From a virus (lineage: Duplodnaviria > Caudoviricetes), in IMG/VR virus record IMGVR_UViG_3300033075_001021: DNA of 64,000 bases; one strand, 5' to 3'. Shown piece after piece: positions 34,052 to 42,600 of the stretch. The stretch's first letter is position 1. Each line of letters begins with the position of its first letter. The position numbers and the translations under genes were made by a program. The notes below the pieces were generated by a model. That model had not been told where the DNA came from, did no database searches, and worked only from the letters and a program-made list of their open reading frames with translations.

Positions 34052-36015
34052 ATTTTAATTCTTAAGGTTACAAAATAATTTGCCAATGCCGTTGGGAATA
34101 AAAATCGCTTATTGTTCATCGCATAGCCATTAAAATAGAACTTGTTATTTGTGATGTTATTACCTTGAAGTGACAACACAAGATTCTTATATGAATATGA
34201 TGCATTAAACCCAATGGTTGTACATGCTGGTACGCTAAACTGATTTTCAATGTCAATATAAGCCTTAGAATAAATTGACTGATTTACATTCATTGAAAAT
34301 GCCTTGTTTGTATAGGTCAATGATTGATTGAACATTCGATTAGGACTGAATAATTGTTGTTTATTATCAACACTAAAACGACTGTTTGAAATGCTGCCAT
34401 TCACGCTATACTGAAAGGATTTGTTAATTGTATAATCAATGTCAAATTCAATTCCCTTCCTAAAACTCTTGTCAACATTAATCATCATCGGTAAGCTATT
34501 TGCCCCCATCGGGCCAGCTGGAATGATTTCATTTTGAAATGACATGTAATACAAGTTTGCTTGTAATGTCAATTTATCACCTTTATGGTTTACCCCAAGT
34601 TCAAGGTCAACTACTTCCTCTGGTTTAACGTTGTTTAAATCAGTTAAGTAAAGACCACCATTAAATAAAATATTCCTTGTTGGTTCCCTATGCGACATAC
34701 CAATTGAATAGTAAACATCAGTGTTTTTATCCAAAAAATATTTAAAACCAACCTTTGGATTTGTAAATAACCAAGTGTATTTACCTAATGCTTTATCCCC
34801 AACATATTTAAAATCAACATACCTTGCTTGCAAATCAAAATACATCTTGAGTTCCTCAGGCCCAAAGATTAATTTAACAAAGCTACTGGCTTCATTTTTA
34901 TTTCCATAATTTTGGTAGTTGCTCTTCAATACACTACTGTCAACCATTACGAATTCAGTACCAAAGTGATTTCGCCTATATGTATTCAACGATAAACCAA
35001 CAGATAGCTTTATGTTATCATTTTTGTAATCATATTGTGTTATATAACCAGCCCAATTTGAATATTGATTCTCTTGTGCATAATAACCAAGTGTTGGTAA
35101 AGACTCTTTATTAAAGACATCGTAATTACCTTCCAAGTGATTAACAAATAAGATACTTGTTAGTTTACTTTGTTTATTAAAGATGTTGGTGTTATGTATT
35201 TGGATATGGGTTTGATTGAAAAAGTCTTTCCTGTCATTACCCCTAGGATTATCACGATAATTAACCTTCAGCACATCTTCATCAGATGCCTCCCACGCCA
35301 TTTGGTTTCGGCTAAATCCGCTAAACACAACAAATTTAGTAATGCGTTTTTCACCATAATACCCACGGGTATAAAATATACTACCACCGTGGCTTCCAGA
35401 ATTCCGCCTAAACCCATCAGTTGTCATCATACCAACATTTAAAAAGCTTGCGTGTTTATTTTTCAATCCGCTTGAATACGCAGCATTCAATCTGAAAGTA
35501 TTAAATGAACCACCACCAATTTGAACCTCAGAACCACGGTTTAAACCTGTCTTGCTTTGGAAATTAATAGACCCAATAAAGGCAGCGCTACCATTCGTTG
35601 ATGAACCAACCCCTCGTTGAATCTGAATTGATTGAATAGCGTTGATAAAGCTTGGGAAGTTTGATGTATACACACCATGGTCTTCAGGCTCATTTAATGG
35701 GACACTATTTAATGTCATATTAATGCGGTTCTGACTGGCACCTCGCATACTAACGTATGTATAGCCTTGTGAGTGACCACCATCTGTATTTGAATACATT
35801 GACGGATATGACCCTAATAAAATTGGTACCTCTTGACCTTGATAACTAGACTGAATGGCTGTATCCCCGATTGTTTTCTGGGTTATAGGGGTGAACTTAT
35901 CAGCCCTAACCGCAGTAACTAAAACAGGTGACATTTCGGTAATCTTTACTGAATCCTGTGCAAATGATTGATAACCAATTAGTGATACTAATGCAAATAC
36001 AAATAATTTTTTCAT
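34048..36015 (-). CDS. TonB-dependent outer-membrane receptor
   Basis: signal peptide, plug (SMRG...N.VPLN...IQIQRG...GSIN), beta-barrel, NNITN..Y. Confidence 0.9.
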   Translation of the reverse strand: MKKLFVFALVSLIGYQSFAQDSVKITEMSPVLVTAVRADKFTPITQKTIGDTAIQSSYQGQEVPILLGSYPSMYSNTDGGHSQGYTYVSMRGASQNRINMTLNSVPLNEPEDHGVYTSNFPSFINAIQSIQIQRGVGSSTNGSAAFIGSINFQSKTGLNRGSEVQIGGGSFNTFRLNAAYSSGLKNKHASFLNVGMMTTDGFRRNSGSHGGSIFYTRGYYGEKRITKFVVFSGFSRNQMAWEASDEDVLKVNYRDNPRGNDRKDFFNQTHIQIHNTNIFNKQSKLTSILFVNHLEGNYDVFNKESLPTLGYYAQENQYSNWAGYITQYDYKNDNIKLSVGLSLNTYRRNHFGTEFVMVDSSVLKSNYQNYGNKNEASSFVKLIFGPEELKMYFDLQARYVDFKYVGDKALGKYTWLFTNPKVGFKYFLDKNTDVYYSIGMSHREPTRNILFNGGLYLTDLNNVKPEEVVDLELGVNHKGDKLTLQANLYYMSFQNEIIPAGPMGANSLPMMINVDKSFRKGIEFDIDYTINKSFQYSVNGSISNSRFSVDNKQQLFSPNRMFNQSLTYTNKAFSMNVNQSIYSKAYIDIENQFSVPACTTIGFNASYSYKNLVLSLQGNNITNNKFYFNGYAMNNKRFLFPTALANYFVTLRIKI

Positions 36016-36106
36016 TTTTTGTGTTAATTTTTTTGTTCAGATGCAAATATAGGGGGAATTTTTGACATAACCAAAAAATAAATGGGGAAAATATTTTCCC
36101 CATTTA

Positions 36107-36442
36107 TTATGCCACTGGATTTGATTTTAAGTAGTCCTCTTTTGAGGTCTTCTTTTTTGGTTTCCAACCACGAGCAATACGAGCTTTATGAACATTTTTC
36201 TTATGTTTTTTCTTATTCCTGTAATTACCAATTAGGGTTGTTGTCTCTTCATAACTCTTAATTATTTGGTCTAAAAGATTGAGCTTTTCTTTATCTGTCA
36301 TACTTGAAGTCTTATATGTTCGGTTCCAATATTTCATATAAGGTGTTAATTTTTTCTCATCTTCAGTCAACATTGAATTTAAGATATCGTGTATCTCATT
36401 TGAAAATTTGCATTTAATCATTGCGATAGGACTTTGTTTCAT
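36107..36442 (-). CDS. basic hypothetical protein downstream of amber minigene
   Basis: ORF track. Confidence 0.65.
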   Translation of the reverse strand: MKQSPIAMIKCKFSNEIHDILNSMLTEDEKKLTPYMKYWNRTYKTSSMTDKEKLNLLDQIIKSYEETTTLIGNYRNKKKHKKNVHKARIARGWKPKKKTSKEDYLKSNPVA

Positions 36443-36506
36443 ATTTTTGTTTTTTTTTATTTGTTAATTTTTATTTATGTGTTAAATTGTTGTTTTAAAA
36501 TATGAA

Positions 36507-36539
36507 TTATCCTGTTGGTCCTCTAATTGTCTATTTCAT
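36507..36539 (-). other. amber-interrupted minigene MK*TIRGPTG
   Basis: ATG AAA TAG ACA ATT AGA GGA CCA ACA GGA TAA, 11 nt after the PTH2 stop. Confidence 0.6.
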
Positions 36540-36550
36540 AATTATAAATT

Positions 36551-36919
36551 TTAGTTATTGTTATTGGTTGTAATTAACTCTTTACCATATAGCGGTAAGT
36601 TACTGCATAGCTTTCTTGCATCAGTAGACGCCTCAAAAGCAACGGCTGTAATTTGATTGTTAATATCTGGTTCTCTGAAGATGGTATATTTGATACCACG
36701 AAGACTGGCTTTGACAATAAGGTCTATCAAAGACTGTTCATCTTTTGTTGTGAGAATTGCTAAATGATTGGATTGTTTATGCCATTCTGTTGATACCTGA
36801 GGGTATTCGTGTTGAAAATCAATGGCAGCATGTGCGGCTTGGACGCATTGTTGTGGAAGGGATAAATCACGTCTTGTGATTACTCTAAGTTTTTCTGTGT
36901 TAGAAATCTAGTGTGTCAT
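36551..36919 (-). CDS. PTH2-family peptidyl-tRNA hydrolase with in-frame TAG at codon 4 (missed by ORF track)
   Basis: MTH*ISNTEKLRVITRRDLSLPQQCVQAAHAA...FREPDINNQITAVA; no other ATG in frame. Confidence 0.85.
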
Positions 36920-36967
36920 AACTGTTTGTTTTTTAATAAATATACTGTTTTTGTTAAAAATATCAAG

Positions 36968-37039
36968 TGACCCAGAGGGGATTCGAACCCCTACCCACAA
37001 TTTTAGAGATTGGTGTGCTGCCATTACAACCACAGGGCC
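36968..37039 (-). tRNA. amber suppressor tRNA (anticodon CTA)
   Basis: CAAT-CTCTAAA-ATTG, T arm AGGGG-TTCGAAT-CCCCT; TATCTTTG promoter at ~37050-37057. Confidence 0.85.
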
Positions 37040-37082
37040 AATTATACCACAAAGATAAGTGGTATTTTTGAAATTACCAAAT

Positions 37083-37880
37083 TTATTTTATCAAAAATTT
37101 TCCAAGCCTTTTTACCCTTTCTTTTAATTGCTCATACGTCCCATTATTATCAATTATAATATCTGCGTCTTGTTTGGTTATATTAAAAGAACTTGAATCT
37201 TCTTGTGGAAGTCTTTCCGATGCATCCACCCAAATGATTAGGTCAAATAGATTTTGGTTTCTACATTCTTGAATTTCAGTCCAATCTCTCATACCAACAT
37301 AGGTATTATTATACTTCAAGATTTCTTTAGCCAATTTAGCCTTGTCATCTTTGTTATAATCACAAATCATTTGGTACCATTCGTCTCTGTGATTAATCCT
37401 ATCTTGAAAACATTCTTCTGGCGTTTTATAACCATATTTGTCTTTAAGTTCATTATAGATGAAAATGTCGGCACACGCTTGAGATGATGAGATAAAATTT
37501 ATTCCATAATACTCTTTTAATAATTCGGCTACCGTATCTTTCCCATGCCGAGCATGTCCTATTATTAGCAAATTTATATTATTATAAAACTCCTTAGAAT
37601 ATTTATGGTGTTCATAAATTTGTTCTAGTGTATACGCATCATAGGCAACAAATCCTCTGGTATCCAATGTTTTCTCAATATGAAGTTTCGCAGATGATTG
37701 TTCAATACTTAGATAATTATAAAACTTAATAGCTTCCTCTGGATTAAAAAATTCTATTATTTGTCCTTCAACGGCTTTTTCTTTCGCTTCAGCAATATCC
37801 ATATTGAGATATTTTCTAAGATACTTAAAAACTTCTACTTTGTTTATTGAAATGAGTTCAACTTTACAAATATTTTTCAT
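37083..37880 (-). CDS. dNMP-kinase-like protein with ribosomal L7/L12 CTD-like N-terminus
   Basis: GHARHGKDTVA; KVEVFKYLRKYLNMDIAEAKE. Confidence 0.65.
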   Translation of the reverse strand: MKNICKVELISINKVEVFKYLRKYLNMDIAEAKEKAVEGQIIEFFNPEEAIKFYNYLSIEQSSAKLHIEKTLDTRGFVAYDAYTLEQIYEHHKYSKEFYNNINLLIIGHARHGKDTVAELLKEYYGINFISSSQACADIFIYNELKDKYGYKTPEECFQDRINHRDEWYQMICDYNKDDKAKLAKEILKYNNTYVGMRDWTEIQECRNQNLFDLIIWVDASERLPQEDSSSFNITKQDADIIIDNNGTYEQLKERVKRLGKFLIK

Positions 37881-37907
37881 GTTGCAAAGATACTAAACTT
37901 TTTTCAA

Positions 37908-38588
37908 TTAGACAAGTAAATTTACACGACCTTTATAGATATCTTTTATACTAGCTGTTTTATTGGTAATATGGTCAATGACAATCCCATCTTTAACACG
38001 ATATGTCCTACGTTTATCACTTCGCTCACCAGTACCAATCTGTTCCCTTCTTGTCTCAGATTCTTCTTCCATAAAACCAGTTAAATAATAGTGATTAACT
38101 CTTCGTTTAATTTCTTTATAGGCATCTTCACGATTACTTAATTGGCTTCTACCATCACGTACAACCTTTATACCAGTTGGGATATGTGTCATAATGACAC
38201 AAGAGTCCGTGGTGTTTTTATGTTGACCACCTTTGCCAGTTCCTCTGGTTGTTTCAATCTTTAGTTCATGTTGGGGAATTTCAATCTCTTTAAATGATTG
38301 ATTTTCAAGTACGGCAATGGTTATGGTACTGGTATGCACCCTACCACGATTTTCTGTCGGTGGTACACGTTGCCATCTGTGTGAACCTATTTCGTTTTGG
38401 AAAAAATCTTTGACATTTTGGCCGCTTAGTCAGATTGAAGCAAAGCCATCCCGTTCTTCGAGAACTCTTCAGTTGAAGTTATTGTTTTTGGCCGCTTTGA
38501 TATAGATGTCTTTCATATCATGAACTAGCAATTTGGAATCTTGTCCACCTTCGCTAGCCCTAATCTCTAGTGTAATTTCGTTTTTCAT
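37908..38588 (-). CDS. class I release factor (RF1-like, lacking domain 1) with two in-frame TGA codons
   Basis: LEIRASEGG...HRWQRVPPTE.RGRVHTST...GGQH.NTTDS...RS.K.RTY; TGA at 38469-38471 and 38430-38432. Confidence 0.88.
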
Positions 38589-38603
38589 ATTTCAAAATGG
38601 GTT

Positions 38604-38801
38604 TTACCAAACCCTAAATTTTCGTTTTTCAGCCCAAACGATATATTGATAATTGCTGTTTTTAACAGCATTAATAATACCGTTTGTTCTTTTAGTACTA
38701 ATGTAATGTGGGAGCGATTCGAGAAAAAGGATTAAATCCTCTTTGGATGTGATTTTCTTGCAGCTTGCTACCCATGTTGCTTTTCTTTTCCTTTTTTGCA
38801 T
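38604..38801 (-). CDS. hypothetical protein
   Basis: ORF track. Confidence 0.45.
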   Translation of the reverse strand: MQKRKRKATWVASCKKITSKEDLILFLESLPHYISTKRTNGIINAVKNSNYQYIVWAEKRKFRVW

Positions 38802-38927
38802 ATGACAATTATACTGGAATAACTTTCCAGCTGAGTTTTAAATCATTCTAATTGTCTTATGTCAAATTGCTATAACATGGTTTCTATCTTTAAACGCAAA
38901 CGGCCCCGTAGGGCCTTTGCAATATCA

Positions 38928-38977
38928 CAGGATTATGGTTTTGCATCACAAGCGTTTGAATTGCTGAAATAATCCTT
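38928..38977 (-). repeat. stem + TWCNGCAA RNA motif, copy C
   Basis: AAGGATTAT-TTCAGCAA...ATAATCCTG. Confidence 0.7.
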
Positions 38978-38981
38978 TTTG

Positions 38982-39066
38982 TTGCGGGAGTAGGATTCGA
39001 ACCTACACTTGCATTTGATGTCTCTAGGTTATGAGCCTAGCATGTTGCCAATTACACTATCCCGCT
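38982..39066 (-). tRNA. tRNA-Met(CAT), long variable region
   Basis: CTAGG-CTCATAA-CCTAG; 1:72 mismatch. Confidence 0.8.
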
Positions 39067-39072
39067 ATGTTG

Positions 39073-39144
39073 TTGCGAGGGGTGGATTCGAACCACCGAC
39101 CTTCTGGTTATGAGCCAGACGAGCTGCCGCTGCTCCACCTCACA
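39073..39144 (-). tRNA. tRNA-Met(CAT), initiator-like D arm
   Basis: GAGC/GCTC D stem, TCTGG-CTCATAA-CCAGA. Confidence 0.88.
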
Positions 39145-39151
39145 ATGTTTG

Positions 39152-39218
39152 TGTCCCTTCCAGATTTGATACTGGGCTAACCCCCTATACGGGGCCGTGC
39201 TCATTACACTAAAGAGAC
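39152..39218 (-). ncRNA. atypical tRNA-like RNA (loop CG-TAT-AG)
   Basis: GTCTCTT/AAGGGAC acceptor, reduced D arm, T-like arm CCAG-TATCAAAT-CTGG. Confidence 0.55.
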
Positions 39219-39223
39219 ATTAT

Positions 39224-39287
39224 CGGAATCATCTTTTGGTTTCATTTTTTGGTTGAAATTGAATTTAGTTTGCTGAACTGATTCCTT
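39224..39287 (-). repeat. stem + TWCNGCAA RNA motif, copy D
   Basis: AAGGAATCAG-TTCAGCAA...TGATTCCG. Confidence 0.65.
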
Positions 39288-39300
39288 CAATAAGTTATCC

Positions 39301-39406
39301 CAAGGTGACGGTCTTATCTTTTTTTTCTTGCGACTCTTGCGAGTCATTAGGGGAAGACAATAAAAACCCCCGTTCACAGTTAAGTTTTGGTTGCCGTAGC
39401 CACCTT
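39301..39406 (-). repeat. stem + TWCNGCAA RNA motif, copy E
   Basis: AAGGTGGC-TACGGCAA...GTCACCTTG. Confidence 0.65.
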
Positions 39407-39506
39407 TTTGGACAATAAGTTAAGAGCTGTTAATAAATATATGCAAATATACGAAAGTTTTTGATTGTTGTCAAGTTTTTTACGAAATATTTTTAAACTT
39501 TTTTTT

Positions 39507-39728
39507 CTATGTCGGTTTTATATCATGTGTAAACTCTCTTAAAACCAATACCACATTGTGTTTTGGCCGTAAATGATGAATAACATACATTATCCTATAA
39601 TACTTCTCTTTTTCATCAATATACATTAGCTCATCCTGTTTTGGGATGCTAAACAAGTTGACTTTATCTTTGATAATTGTCCAATTTTCATCTACGAGTG
39701 TAACAATATGTTTACTTTTAAGAAACAT
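39507..39728 (-). CDS. hypothetical protein
   Basis: ORF track. Confidence 0.6.
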   Translation of the reverse strand: MFLKSKHIVTLVDENWTIIKDKVNLFSIPKQDELMYIDEKEKYYRIMYVIHHLRPKHNVVLVLREFTHDIKPT

Positions 39729-39796
39729 GATTTTATTTTTGTTTGGAGATATTTATTATTATCTAGATAACAATAACCTTAAAAACCTTAACAACC

Positions 39797-39928
39797 ATGG
39801 GATGCGGATGCAAAGGTGGTAAAAAGAATGTTGCAACAACAACTACAACTACCACTATCACAACAACAACTTCTAATCAACCAACAACAGCTGTGCAAGT
39901 TCCAACTGTTCAGCCAACTGGAAGATGA
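39797..39928 (+). CDS. 43-aa MGCGCK / Thr-rich peptide
   Basis: MGCGCKGGKKNVATTTTTTTTITTTTSNQPTT...; ATATTTAT upstream, hairpin downstream. Confidence 0.65.
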   Translation: MGCGCKGGKKNVATTTTTTTITTTTSNQPTTAVQVPTVQPTGR

Positions 39929-40062
39929 TTAGTATTAAGAAATTAATGGGGCGAAAGCCCCATTATTATTTCCTACAAATGTTAAACCCCTAGCAAAGCG
40001 ATTTACTAGGGGTTATTAGTTCCAATCCCAGTGGTCCATTGGTGGAATCTATCTAAGAAATG

Positions 40063-40854
40063 TTATTTGACTGATTTCCAAATCAGTCCACGATTTATTT
40101 TACTAATTGTTTCTTGTGCGACCATAAATTTATTAGCAATGGTTTTTTGTTTAACACCTTCAGCAAGCATTCTCTTTATATCTAAAACATCTTCTTTTGA
40201 TAATTTAGTATTATTTATATTTTCACCACATATTTGAGAATTTCTGCCTTTATTCCATCCAACTAATAAATAGTTCTTTAAATCTTCTCGCCGTATTTTC
40301 TTGTTTTCACCATCTTTAGTTATCCAACAAGTACCATATTGAGAATTTTGTTTACCTAAACCAGAATCTTTGCTCGATTCACTCATTTTTTGTTTTGAGG
40401 CCTCCGAATGTTTCTTACCCAACCAGTTTAATTGCCAATCATTTTTACGTTCACCATTTTGGTACTCTTTTTTTCTAGCAGAAGAAATTTTTTGTGAAAA
40501 TTCTAATCTAAAATTTTTATCTGATTGTAATTTTTCTCTAAATGCCTGATTATGTTTTAAATTCCATCCGACACCACCATCAACTATATTCATACACATC
40601 TTATCAATCAACATATCTGATGTTATAACTTCCTTCTCGGCCTCAACCAATAATTCTCTCGAATCAAAGAACTCTAATATCTCTTTTAGATGATTTTCTA
40701 CACCATATTTTCTTATCGAACGTCTTAATACTTTACCAGACCCCATATAACCGTCTTCAAGGTTACTAGTACTGTGCATTCCGATATAATATCTACCTGT
40801 TATAACACATGTTGTTTTATACAGGTAGTGAATGTTTGCTTTTTTTCTAGGCAT
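40063..40854 (-). CDS. GIY-YIG homing endonuclease (Seg-like) with C-terminal HTH
   Basis: YLYKTTCVITGRYYIGMHST; abuts tmRNA 3' end. Confidence 0.9.
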   Translation of the reverse strand: MPRKKANIHYLYKTTCVITGRYYIGMHSTSNLEDGYMGSGKVLRRSIRKYGVENHLKEILEFFDSRELLVEAEKEVITSDMLIDKMCMNIVDGGVGWNLKHNQAFREKLQSDKNFRLEFSQKISSARKKEYQNGERKNDWQLNWLGKKHSEASKQKMSESSKDSGLGKQNSQYGTCWITKDGENKKIRREDLKNYLLVGWNKGRNSQICGENINNTKLSKEDVLDIKRMLAEGVKQKTIANKFMVAQETISKINRGLIWKSVK

Positions 40855-40902
40855 ATCTATATATTTCTATATAAATATGCGCTAGGTACAAAAAAGTCAT
40901 CG

Positions 40903-41256
40903 TGGAGAATATCGGAATCGAACCGATGTCTTGTGCATTCTTCAAAAGCTTTCTACATGTTTAGAACAGAACTTTCTAGTTCTTCGCAATATCTTGCTGT
41001 TATGGTTAACAAGAAAACCACGGAGTTATTTAGCGTCTAACTCAGAACTGACGGTTTTTGGTGGTCTACCACCATCGCAGGATTAGGCTACTGCAAGCTC
41101 TCCTGAACCCACAGTTAGGACTGCTTCGTCAAGGAAATTTTCTGATACGATAAAATCGTTGTCGTTTGTTTTTTGATAGACATTTTAAAGTGCATTCCAA
41201 TCTAGCACTACATGCTTACTAATTACGACTATACGCAATCAATACCTGTATTCCCC
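40903..41256 (-). ncRNA. ssrA: tmRNA
   Basis: GGGGAAT/ATTCTCC-A with G3:U70, T arm, internal tag frame ending GELAVA*. Confidence 0.92.
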
Positions 41257-41351
41257 ATAAATTAAAGAACTTCGATAATAAATATATCGTTTTTTACATT
41301 TGTCATCCAAAATGTAATACAAATATACTACATTTTGGATGAAAATGCAAG

Positions 41352-41651
41352 TTATTTTGCAAGTTTTTTTTCTTCTCGCTGTTTTTTTACCGTTGCAGCT
41401 CTTCGTTGACCAGCAACCCAATGCCTCATTTTTTCTTCAGGTGTCCATTTACCGTAGTTTTTCGGTGGTGAAATAATTCGATTAATATCTGGTGGTGTTA
41501 CCTGATATTTTCTAGCTATTTCATCAATCGTCATACCCAGACGTTTTTTCATATCCTTGATAGTCTCCTTATCCTTTTCAGTTAAGTTATAATAGTTACT
41601 AAAAAGAATTTTTTCCTCAGGTGTTAAAACTGGTACTTCTGTTTTAGGCAT
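41352..41651 (-). CDS. HTH-containing protein
   Basis: GMTIDEIARKYQVT...INRII. Confidence 0.6.
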   Translation of the reverse strand: MPKTEVPVLTPEEKILFSNYYNLTEKDKETIKDMKKRLGMTIDEIARKYQVTPPDINRIISPPKNYGKWTPEEKMRHWVAGQRRAATVKKQREEKKLAK

Positions 41652-42352
41652 TATTTTTTCCCTTTTGGTTTTGTAGTAATAATGTTATCAATTATACCGT
41701 AGTTTAAGGCTTCTTCAGCTGATAACCAAAGGTCCCTTTCAGCATCTTTCATAACTTCTTTTGGGTCTTTGTTAGTATATTCGCCGAGCAAGCCAAATAA
41801 CAAGTCATTATACTTCTCACCTTCAGCAATTGAGCGTCTTATATCTTGGATGTTACCTTCAGCCCCTGTTGATACTTGGTGAAGCATTACACGGCTAAAT
41901 CTTAGTGAATGACGCTTTCCCTTGGTTCCAGCACCCAATAAAATACTACCCATGCTAGCTGCCATACCTGTGTTGATGGTAACAATGTCAGATGATACAT
42001 AATTCATTACATCCACAATTGATAAACCAGATTTTACGCTTCCACCTGGTGTGTCTACGTGAAGGGTAATGTCATTTTTATCCAATGTGTCCAAGAACAT
42101 CAACTGTGCTTGAACAACAGTACTCATCCTGTCATTCACTGGGCCAGCAAGCCAAATAATTCTGTCCATCATCATTCTTGAGAAGATATCCATCTGAGTG
42201 ACATTTAACGGCCTTTCTTCAAGAATGTATGGTGTTAATGATGCTTGGGTACCATAGATTCTATTTTGAATCTGTTCCCAATTGTAAAATTCCATTCCTG
42301 TAACGCCCATATGTTTAATGGCGTAATCTCTAAATTCGTTCGTTAGATTCAT
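41651..42352 (-). CDS. clpP: ClpP protease proteolytic subunit
   Basis: DIFSRMMMDRII, PGGSV, AASMG, MLHQ, ERD.W.SAEEA..YG. Confidence 0.95.
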   Translation of the reverse strand: MNLTNEFRDYAIKHMGVTGMEFYNWEQIQNRIYGTQASLTPYILEERPLNVTQMDIFSRMMMDRIIWLAGPVNDRMSTVVQAQLMFLDTLDKNDITLHVDTPGGSVKSGLSIVDVMNYVSSDIVTINTGMAASMGSILLGAGTKGKRHSLRFSRVMLHQVSTGAEGNIQDIRRSIAEGEKYNDLLFGLLGEYTNKDPKEVMKDAERDLWLSAEEALNYGIIDNIITTKPKGKK

Positions 42353-42600
42353 AGTTCTGTTGTTATGTAAATTGGTGTGTTATCTCCGACCCAAGCGCAA
42401 CGAATATTAAAGTCAAAATATTCATATGCTTCTTCGTATGTCATACCATCTCTTTCAACCATAATTTGTAACATGGTTTCAATTGAATACGCGGCAACGG
42501 GGCCAAGATTAGGTCTTTCAGCAAGCCCTAAAATTGCATCATCAAATCCATCACAAAATAAAGCGTCTGGATTTATTTCAGCGATTTCATCTCTGGTCAT
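42349..42600 (-). CDS. conserved-looking phage hypothetical protein
   Basis: DGFDDAILG...EA.EYFDFNI..AWVG..TP. Confidence 0.7.
   Translation of the reverse strand: MTRDEIAEINPDALFCDGFDDAILGLAERPNLGPVAAYSIETMLQIMVERDGMTYEEAYEYFDFNIRCAWVGDNTPIYITTEL

Noticed and set aside
39431-39476. A fourth leader-peptide attenuator for the Met cluster
   Set aside because: The promoter block is present but no ATG-led leader or terminator follows; motif RNAs occupy that position.
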